Of a DNA stretch of 64,000 nt, positions 56,737 to 64,000 are shown one piece after another (positions within the stretch are counted from its first letter, which is position 1; the number at the start of each line of letters is the position of its first letter). A program made the position numbers and the translations under genes. The DNA is taken from contig DATDQB010000020.1 of NCBI GenBank assembly GCA_035292445.1, forward strand, positions 91,484 to 155,483, read 5' to 3'. The notes under the pieces are model-generated. The model worked only from the letters and a program-made list of their open reading frames with translations, was not told the DNA's origin and searched no databases. This DNA is from Candidatus Omnitrophota bacterium (lineage in GTDB: Bacteria; Omnitrophota; Gorgyraeia; Zapsychrales; Zapsychraceae).

Positions 56737-58431
56737 TTACTTCCCAATAACCAACTCATTCCAAATCGATACTGATTTTTGACCGTTACGATCATGGGCT
56801 GAGCCGTCCCAAATGGCGAATGCGATAGAAACCGTATTAGCTCGATCTAACTGTAAATCTTTCTTATTCGATACCTTTAATGACCGGACGAATACAACAT
56901 GCCATCGGCCATCCTTCCAGACGCCGTTAGCGTCAACATCGGTCGCGGCCGCAGGATAAGCTTTATAGGTTCCCTGACCAGCAGCAACCGCCTGTTCAGC
57001 ATTTTCAGTTTTTTCTACATCAGCCACTGGATTCCCTGCTCCCCATGCTGTCAAAAACTGAGGATCGTGATATTTGGCAGACGATTCTTTTGGATCGAAT
57101 TCTTCTCCATGTTGATAATGCTTGTCGGATGAATACCAATCCGTTCCGATATTGGGATAACGCGATTCGATGTCCTTTCGCCCATCGGTTGTATTTTGCC
57201 AACCGGACTTCCAATGCCACATATAAACCGAATCTTGCGGGTTTCCCATCCCAAAAAATGGCGGGTCTTTTTTCATCGAGAACTGGAGGGCTGCTCCATC
57301 GGAAAATGCCTGCATGGCCACTACATCATCGTCCTGAATAGGGTCATTCCATGACAAATAAATGGCCATTTTATCTTGATTGTATACAACTTTAACATCC
57401 ACCTTTTCAATACGCTCATCTCGCCACCATAAAGGAGTCAGCCCTATCGATATCGGTTCAATCTTAGACCATTCCTCCCAAAGAGGATCAGGATTGATGT
57501 CTAAATTAATTTTCTTTGAATTAATTGTGGTCTGCTTAAGCCGTGCCCTTGCTTCCGCTTCAGGGGTCGTAAGCGTCTGTACAAAATGAATCAGATCCCA
57601 TATCTGCTCTTGAGTAAAAACGCCGTTATAACTTGGCATGGGGGTCCCCGGCATTCCCGCCATCATACGAAAATATAATTCTTCTGAACTTGAATCACTT
57701 TTAAAAATACCGGCTGTCAGATCACGGGGTTTTGTTGGAAGCCCTTGGCTGTCAGTCATATTTTGCTGACCATCCCCCCTGCCCTGTAGCCCATGGCACC
57801 CCGCACAAGAAACCACAAATAATTCACGCCCTCTTACCAAAGTCTCTTGCGTGACTTCTGGTTCTGGAGGAATCTTAATAATATTTTCGGAAGCAATTTG
57901 TTTATTGACTATTTCCTTTATATCATTCCAAGAAAATTCATTTTTTATTCCCTTCTCTAGAACTTTTCCAGATTCTTTGAACTCATCTGCTTCAGACAAA
58001 TATCGGACATAATAAACCAATGCCCACCTATCCCTCTCTCTAAGATGCGCCCATGGTGGCATGGAAGACCCGGCCATCCCCCGGGTAATGACCTTAAAAA
58101 GATCCTCATCCGTTGCCTGTTGATTTGTCGTTGAGATAAACCGAAATTTATCACCGACAAAGTCCCGTGGTTTAGGAGACAAAAGGTACGCCGCCTTGCC
58201 ATCCCCTTTCCCCTGCGGCCCGTGACAGACGGAACATTGTTTTTGATATAATGTTTCTCCTCTTGAAAATAATTCTTTGGTGACTGGGGGGTTTTCCTTA
58301 TAAGATCCTTGCGACTCCGCTTCCTTATTCATCCCTAGGGAAATCCATAGAAAATGGATAGCTATGAAAAATAATAAAAGATTATTTTTTCTCGGGACAT
58401 CGCTCGGATATTTCCTCATAGTACCCCCCAT
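56737..58431 (-). CDS. membrane-anchored dihaem c-type cytochrome with a large C-terminal domain (candidate gamma/electron-transfer subunit)
   Basis: Two CxxCH motifs (CSVCHG, CAGCHG). The ~300-aa C-terminal domain is not assigned. Confidence 0.6.
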   Translation of the reverse strand: MGGTMRKYPSDVPRKNNLLLFFIAIHFLWISLGMNKEAESQGSYKENPPVTKELFSRGETLYQKQCSVCHGPQGKGDGKAAYLLSPKPRDFVGDKFRFISTTNQQATDEDLFKVITRGMAGSSMPPWAHLRERDRWALVYYVRYLSEADEFKESGKVLEKGIKNEFSWNDIKEIVNKQIASENIIKIPPEPEVTQETLVRGRELFVVSCAGCHGLQGRGDGQQNMTDSQGLPTKPRDLTAGIFKSDSSSEELYFRMMAGMPGTPMPSYNGVFTQEQIWDLIHFVQTLTTPEAEARARLKQTTINSKKINLDINPDPLWEEWSKIEPISIGLTPLWWRDERIEKVDVKVVYNQDKMAIYLSWNDPIQDDDVVAMQAFSDGAALQFSMKKDPPFFGMGNPQDSVYMWHWKSGWQNTTDGRKDIESRYPNIGTDWYSSDKHYQHGEEFDPKESSAKYHDPQFLTAWGAGNPVADVEKTENAEQAVAAGQGTYKAYPAAATDVDANGVWKDGRWHVVFVRSLKVSNKKDLQLDRANTVSIAFAIWDGSAHDRNGQKSVSIWNELVIGK

Positions 58432-58617
58432 ATACTAAACTACCCGTTGATACTCCAGATGATGCAGCTTTTACCAATTCCTACCTTATTAAATTATTGA
58501 ATAATACAACATTTTTTTATTTAGCTTTACTTTAATAATAAAAAATAGAATTTAAAATAGTCTGTAATACCTAAAAAGATACGTAGGACTACTTAGAAAC
58601 AATTATTAAAAAACTAA

Positions 58618-59892
58618 TTATTTTTCTAACTTCCTCTTCGCCTCCTCATGCATCCGGGCAAACTCATCTTGCGGCGGGACGATAAAAACCTTAGGGAGGA
58701 TATAGATCAACCAACAAACAGCCGCTACACTCCAAGAAATGGCGGCGTATCCCATAAATTTAAAATATTCATCTGGATAAACGATAACGATTGTCCTTTT
58801 CATCATTGCCAAAGCAAGAGCGAGAAACACTATCCACAAAATAACAAGAGGCTGATTTAACTTTTGCGCTTGGCCGATATGCGAAAGAACGACCATGGTA
58901 GCGATAGCATAGATCATTAAACTAAACCCACCGATAAAGCTTAAATGAAGCGCCACTATTTTATAATCAGGAAAAATGCCCGCTAACCATAGACCTAAAA
59001 CGACCAACCATGCTGATATCCAAGCAAGCTTAATGTAGAAATCTTTCTTTTGAGGAAAATTCAATAATGTCTTCGACCATATAAATTCGGCGGTTACCAC
59101 TAAAGCCCGTAGAAAATAAGCGTATCTGACCATATCCGCGCCCTCCAGCCAGAAGCTTATAAAGAATAAAAATGCGCATCCCGAATGAAAAGAAATAGCG
59201 TACTTCTTTCTCAAAGGCACCGAATGATGCTGACAACAGACCCTTTCATTATCATTGTGTTGATGGGTGTCTGCCTGGTAAGTGCCCATAATACGCGGAA
59301 TGAGAAATCCCCCTACGCCCAGAACCACGCCTAAAATGAATCCCTGCTCCATCATCGGTTTTCCCACTTTGATAACAAATTTAGGCAAAATACCGGCTTC
59401 CCCTAATATAAGCAGAACTGTTCCGATGATGCCATGCAAAACAGCCAGCGGAATCCACATCATTTCTTGAGGGGCATTGCCTTTAGGGCCTTCTTTCTTC
59501 CGACGGGGTATTCTAACGAGAAAAAATCGGATAAGAAAAATAAGCCAAATAATATAAAAAACATGAGCCGCCATCCACTGTTCTATGCGAAGAAATATGG
59601 CTATACCAATGAAAAGAAATAAAAGGGAAAAAACTTCTGATTTACTGGCATAAGAGGTTTGTATAAAGCGTGGAATGAATGTCGTTAAAAAACCTATGAC
59701 AAAACAGTTAATATAGACAAGCGTCTGGATTGAAGAATGAAATTGAGGCGAATAGTTTTGCGCCAATCCAAAGCCGTATAAAATCCATGGGCTAACGCCC
59801 ACCAGCCCCATCCAAATGCCAACAGGAAAGAATAATCGATAAGGCTCACGGCAAACGGCATCAATGGCAGAGAAAATCTTATTAGTCAACAT
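58618..59892 (-). CDS. nnrS: NnrS-family haem-copper membrane protein (NO-stress associated)
   Basis: The N-terminus EPYRLFFPVGIWMGLVGV is typical of NnrS. About 12 TM, 424 aa. Confidence 0.65.
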   Translation of the reverse strand: MLTNKIFSAIDAVCREPYRLFFPVGIWMGLVGVSPWILYGFGLAQNYSPQFHSSIQTLVYINCFVIGFLTTFIPRFIQTSYASKSEVFSLLFLFIGIAIFLRIEQWMAAHVFYIIWLIFLIRFFLVRIPRRKKEGPKGNAPQEMMWIPLAVLHGIIGTVLLILGEAGILPKFVIKVGKPMMEQGFILGVVLGVGGFLIPRIMGTYQADTHQHNDNERVCCQHHSVPLRKKYAISFHSGCAFLFFISFWLEGADMVRYAYFLRALVVTAEFIWSKTLLNFPQKKDFYIKLAWISAWLVVLGLWLAGIFPDYKIVALHLSFIGGFSLMIYAIATMVVLSHIGQAQKLNQPLVILWIVFLALALAMMKRTIVIVYPDEYFKFMGYAAISWSVAAVCWLIYILPKVFIVPPQDEFARMHEEAKRKLEK

Positions 59893-59904
59893 GTCTTGCG
59901 AAAT

Positions 59905-60597
59905 TTAATTAAAGAGGTGAACGTTCTCCTGTTTCTCAAAACGCGCCTTCAAATCGTTCATCTCTCTGTTGGTATACTGCTCTTTGTCAAGAAATGTTTT
60001 ATCAAGAACTTTGCTGCTGGGCAAAAAAGCTTGGAGCCGATACGCCGTAGCCCCATCCAACAAACCATGTATTTCCTTAATATCTTCCTCGGAAAGAAGT
60101 GTTTTGACAACCGTGGTCCTGAATTCATACTTTAACCCCGATTGAAGAATGATCTCAATGCTTTCTTCGATCTTATCAACAGGAAAAGAAATGCCTATAA
60201 CTTCGTGATAACGGTGTAACGGCGCTTTGACATCCATGGCGATAAAATTAATGAGCTTTAGTTGTATCAATTTACTCAAAACATCGGGACGGCTGCCGTT
60301 TGTATCCAATTTTGTGAGATAGCCCATCCGCTTGAGCCGGTCCAAAAAAGAGATAAGATCGTTTTGGAGGGTTGGTTCCCCTCCGCTTATAACCACGCCC
60401 TCCAAGAAGCCCTTTCGCCTTTGAAGAAAATCAAGCACTTCGCTTTCATCAACGTCGTTCTTGGAGGGCGCAAATGATATGAGCTCGCTGTTGTAACAAT
60501 AAGGGCAGCGAAAATTGCACCCGCGCGTAAAAATAACGGCCGCGATCTTTCCCGGGTACTCGATCAAGCTGAACTTTTGGAATCCGCCTATTTGCAT
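59905..60597 (-). CDS. nrdG: anaerobic ribonucleotide reductase activating protein (radical SAM)
   Basis: GCNFRCPYCYN CxxxCxxC motif, adjacent to nrdD. Confidence 0.85.
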   Translation of the reverse strand: MQIGGFQKFSLIEYPGKIAAVIFTRGCNFRCPYCYNSELISFAPSKNDVDESEVLDFLQRRKGFLEGVVISGGEPTLQNDLISFLDRLKRMGYLTKLDTNGSRPDVLSKLIQLKLINFIAMDVKAPLHRYHEVIGISFPVDKIEESIEIILQSGLKYEFRTTVVKTLLSEEDIKEIHGLLDGATAYRLQAFLPSSKVLDKTFLDKEQYTNREMNDLKARFEKQENVHLFN

Positions 60598-62708
60598 ATT
60601 TTATAGGTCTTTCGATTAACAAATTCTTCCTTTTTACCTTTATTCCACTGCTGCACGGGCCTTAAGTAACCAACGACACGCGAGTAAACTTCACAGGCAT
60701 GGTGGCAAGTATTGCAAATCGGCTCCTCTCCTGCTTTGTAACCGCAGCTGGGGCAAACACTAAAGGTCGGGGTAATTGTAAAATACGGCAGATGAAACTG
60801 CTCACAGATGATACGAATCAAATGCTTGAGCCCCTCAACATTGGTGATACGTTCTCCGACAAAGCCATGCAAAACAGTACCGCCGGTATAATGGGTTTGC
60901 AACTCATCCTGGAGCTCCAGCACCTCAAAAATGTCCTCGGAATAGTTGACCGGCAAGTGCGTTGAGTTGGTATAAAACGGCTCGTGCCCTTTCTGGTAAT
61001 CCGCTTCATTGGCGCAAATGATGTTGGGAAAAAGGGCTTTATCGATCTTGGCCAGCCGATAAGACGTCCCTTCGCCCGGTGTCGCCTCGAGATTGTACAT
61101 ATTGCCCGTTTCTTCCTGGAACCCGATAAGCTTCTCTCGCATGAAATCAAGAACGGCTTTGGCAAACTCCTGCCCCTTATCGGAAGCGATATTTTCCCCA
61201 AAAAGATTAAGGCAGGCCTCATTCATGCCGATCAACCCTATCGTTGAAAAATGATTCTTCCAATATTCGTTAAATCGCATTTTTACATCCCGTAAATAAA
61301 ACTTGATATAAGGATAAAGTTCCTGATCGGTAAATTTCTCCAAAACTTTGCGCTTGATTTCAAGGCTCTCCTTGGCCAACTGCATTTTCTGATCCAAGCG
61401 GTGGAAAAAAACCTCCTCATCTTTGGACAGAAAACTCAAACGCGGCATATTGATCGTCACAACGCCGATCGAGCCGGTCAAAGGAGACGCCCCAAATAGG
61501 CCGCCGCCGCGTTTGCGCAACTCGCGGTTGTCCAGCCGCAGCCGGCAACACATGCTGCGCGCATCATCTGGGCTCATATCGGAATTGACAAAATTGGCAA
61601 AATAGGGAATTCCGTATTTTGCGGTCATCTTCCAAAGAAGGTCCAAATTGGAATCGTCCCAATTAAAATCCTTGGTGATATTATAGGTAGGAATGGGAAA
61701 CGTAAAGACACGGCCTTTGGCATCGCCTTCCAGCATCACTTCCATAAAGGCCCGGTTAAACATGTCCTGCTCTTTCTGAAATTCCTTATATGTTTCTTTC
61801 TGGATCTGGCCGCCGATGATGACCCCATGATCGGCATAAAATGAAGGCGGTTTAAGGTCTAAGGTGATATTGGTAAACGGTGTTTGAAAACCAACCCTCG
61901 TCGGCACATTGACATTAAAAACGAATTCTTGCAAGCATTGCTTGAGTTGCTTAGAATCGAGCCCGTCATAACGAATGAATGGCGCCAAAAGGGTATCGAA
62001 GCTCGAAAAAGCTTGTGCGCCGGCGGCTTCGCCTTGCAGCGTATAAAAGAAATTGACGATCTGCCCCAAAGCGCTCCTTAAGTGTTTGGCGGGCGCGGAT
62101 TCCATTTTTCCGGAAGCCCCTTTAAACCCCTGCATCAAAAGATCCTCCAGGTCCCAGCCCACACAATAAACGCTGATAAGACCCAAATCATGGATATGGA
62201 TGTCACCATGGTTATGGGCTTCTTTGATGGGAGACGGATAAATCTTACTTAACCAATAAACTTTACTGACTTCCGATGATAAATAATGATTTAATCCTTG
62301 TAGCGAATAAGCCATGTTGCTGTTCTCATTGACCCGCCAATCGCTTTGATCAAGGTAACGGGAAACCAGATTGATATTAAATTGAGAGGTAATTTCACGA
62401 ATCTGCGCATGTTGCTCACGATAAAGAATGTACGCTTTGGCCGTTTTGCGGTAGGGGGAAGTCAGCAGCACTTCTTCGACGATATCCTGGATTTCTTCCA
62501 CAGAAGGGGCATGCTCCTTAATGGTCTGATGCATAATATTAAGGACCCGTATGGTTAATTTTTTAGCAACATCACGGTTAAATTCGCCCGTTGCCTGCCC
62601 TGCTTTTTGGATGGCGGTTGTTATTTTTTCTGCATCAAAAGCTTCCTCTTTTCCGTTACGTTTGATCACTTTGGTTAACATTTTTATTGTCATAACCTTC
62701 CCCCTCAC
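60588..62708 (-). CDS. nrdD: anaerobic ribonucleoside-triphosphate reductase (class III)
   Basis: N-terminal ATP-cone (VIKRNGKEEAFDAEKI). A C-terminal Cys4 site and the glycyl-radical motif RVVGYLRP. Confidence 0.9.
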   Translation of the reverse strand: MRGKVMTIKMLTKVIKRNGKEEAFDAEKITTAIQKAGQATGEFNRDVAKKLTIRVLNIMHQTIKEHAPSVEEIQDIVEEVLLTSPYRKTAKAYILYREQHAQIREITSQFNINLVSRYLDQSDWRVNENSNMAYSLQGLNHYLSSEVSKVYWLSKIYPSPIKEAHNHGDIHIHDLGLISVYCVGWDLEDLLMQGFKGASGKMESAPAKHLRSALGQIVNFFYTLQGEAAGAQAFSSFDTLLAPFIRYDGLDSKQLKQCLQEFVFNVNVPTRVGFQTPFTNITLDLKPPSFYADHGVIIGGQIQKETYKEFQKEQDMFNRAFMEVMLEGDAKGRVFTFPIPTYNITKDFNWDDSNLDLLWKMTAKYGIPYFANFVNSDMSPDDARSMCCRLRLDNRELRKRGGGLFGASPLTGSIGVVTINMPRLSFLSKDEEVFFHRLDQKMQLAKESLEIKRKVLEKFTDQELYPYIKFYLRDVKMRFNEYWKNHFSTIGLIGMNEACLNLFGENIASDKGQEFAKAVLDFMREKLIGFQEETGNMYNLEATPGEGTSYRLAKIDKALFPNIICANEADYQKGHEPFYTNSTHLPVNYSEDIFEVLELQDELQTHYTGGTVLHGFVGERITNVEGLKHLIRIICEQFHLPYFTITPTFSVCPSCGYKAGEEPICNTCHHACEVYSRVVGYLRPVQQWNKGKKEEFVNRKTYKICK

Positions 62709-62718
62709 TTAATTGGTA

Positions 62719-63540
62719 TTAATGGGCTCTATCCGTCGCTACAAAACATCCGTGGCGCCTCATGGTATCCTGCGCATCCAAAGGAGATGACGGCTTCTGC
62801 TCACCATCATAAACACTCACCACGGGTAATCCCGCGAAGCAGTTCTTAATCTTCTTTATATTTTCTTTATCCAACGCAGGCGTTGCCGAAGGTCGTAAGG
62901 GCGTATTGATTTGGATTTCATCGGCGGGTATTTCCCGGACAAGCTTGGCAATCCCACTCGCATCAGGTTGGTTGGTCTCGACAAACATAATTTGCAGTAC
63001 CAATTTGCCGGAAAATTGACGGCTGAACTTCTTGATGCCTTCGATCGTTTGCCCAAACGTCGTTCCGATGATGGGCCGGTTCACCTTCAAGAATACAAAT
63101 TCGCTGGAGGCGTCCAATTTGGCTGAAACATAATCGGCCAAAGCCAGCTCTTCACGAACTTCGGGAAGACCCATTAATGTGGCATTCGTAATAACGGCAA
63201 CCCTCTCTTTTCGCAGCTGTTTGATGCCGCGAATGATCTCGCCTAAATTTTTGGCCAACGTCGGCTCCCCCCGGCCGGATAAAGTCAGATAATCAATACC
63301 GCGGGTTATTTCTTGGTCCACTGAAGAAACCTCTGTAAAGAACCGCTTGATTTCCTCAAGGATTTTATCGGTGGGCGTGAATAGGCCGCGCTCATTCGTA
63401 TAATCACGCGTCCGGCCAAGCTGGCAATAGAGGCAGTTCAAATTACAAATTTTATGGTCACTGCAGATGGGGTCTATCCCCAATGATTTCCCCATGCGCC
63501 ATGATTGAACCGGTCCGTAAATGTAGTTAAATTTCAACAT
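62719..63540 (-). CDS. radical SAM domain protein (unassigned subfamily), co-operonic with nrdDG
   Basis: CNLNCLYCQLG CxxxCxxC motif close to the N-terminus. 273 aa. Confidence 0.6.
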   Translation of the reverse strand: MLKFNYIYGPVQSWRMGKSLGIDPICSDHKICNLNCLYCQLGRTRDYTNERGLFTPTDKILEEIKRFFTEVSSVDQEITRGIDYLTLSGRGEPTLAKNLGEIIRGIKQLRKERVAVITNATLMGLPEVREELALADYVSAKLDASSEFVFLKVNRPIIGTTFGQTIEGIKKFSRQFSGKLVLQIMFVETNQPDASGIAKLVREIPADEIQINTPLRPSATPALDKENIKKIKNCFAGLPVVSVYDGEQKPSSPLDAQDTMRRHGCFVATDRAH

Positions 63541-63719
63541 CGATTAATCTCTTGTTATTACTATATAGAAATGAATAAATTTATAAATAAGATATACTAC
63601 TTAAAAAGCTACGTACAATTACGTAACACCGATCAGGCAAATATTGTGAAAGAATTCATGGAAAGCCAATCAAATTGTGGTATGTTAAAGAAAATAAATC
63701 ATAAGGGAATTCCATTAAA

Positions 63720-64000
63720 TGGCCAAAGACGGATACCAATCCAAGAAACCAGGCTGGCTGATCAAGGCCTATAACAATTACGATTTCTTGAACAGCCCCG
63801 TTGCCCGCCCGGTCCGGATTCTGTCAGAAATGATCGAACCGGCGCACCGGTTGCGTAAGCACGGCATTCATAACACGGTCGTCTTCTTCGGCTCCGCCAA
63901 GACAATCCCCCACGCGCAAGCCCAGAAGAATTTAAGAATGATCGAAAAGAAAGCCGATCAAACGAAACATCATGCCTCTACCATAAAAAATGAGCTGGAG
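63720..64000 (+). CDS. LOG/TIGR00730-family Rossmann-fold protein (partial, runs off the window end)
   Basis: MAKDGYQSKKPGWLIKAYNNYDFLNSPVARPVRILSEMIEPAHRLRKHGIHNTVVFFGSAKT has the typical LOG-family N-terminus. It is in a different frame from the listed ORF at 63505-63774. Confidence 0.55.

Noticed and set aside
63505-63774. Listed 89-aa plus-strand ORF
   Set aside because: It is AT-rich with no motifs. The real plus-strand gene (LOG family) starts at 63720 in another frame.
1-64000. CRISPR arrays, tRNA and rRNA genes
   Set aside because: No regularly spaced direct repeats and no tRNA-like GTTCRANYC T-arm signatures were found in the intergenic regions. The palindromic repeats seen are isolated copies, not arrays.

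Overview
This 64-kb window comes from a Gram-negative bacterium; Mla lipid transport genes, a TonB-dependent receptor, a PEP-CTERM protein and TatA all point that way. It is densely coded, with about 70 genes, almost all on the minus strand. Three blocks stand out.

(i) Positions 1-16.7 kb hold one long minus-strand operon that looks like the biosynthesis of a heavily decorated nucleotide-heptose. It contains GmhA, a domain-swapped HldE-like kinase/nucleotidyltransferase, a HAD-phosphatase/kinase fusion, a split transketolase, four SDR epimerase/dehydratase paralogs, a Zn-ADH, a DegT aminotransferase, two TylCIII-type C-methyltransferases, a cupin, a class-I methyltransferase and a MaoC-SDR fusion. 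The operon is interrupted by an AT-rich cassette flanked by terminal inverted repeats. The cassette carries a gene of the four-helix-bundle family (the 23S rRNA intervening-sequence protein family).

(ii) Positions 17-47 kb hold envelope and housekeeping genes. These include a cobalamin riboswitch followed by a BtuB-like receptor, MetF, MlaFED, ABC transporters, a secreted Gln-rich repeat protein, two TPR/polytopic-membrane-protein pairs, a PEP-CTERM protein, c-di-GMP signalling and two-component signalling.

(iii) Positions 47-63.5 kb are an anaerobic block. A Tat-exported Nxr/Nar-type molybdoenzyme operon runs in the order cytochrome c, alpha subunit, small ORF, beta subunit, NarJ-like chaperone, ferredoxin, TatA, MoaA, MOSC-MobA. 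It is followed by NnrS, NrdD/NrdG and a radical-SAM gene.

Two families of short repeats are present. One copy is embedded in frame as the linker of the HAD-kinase fusion gene. No rRNA, tRNA or CRISPR array was found.
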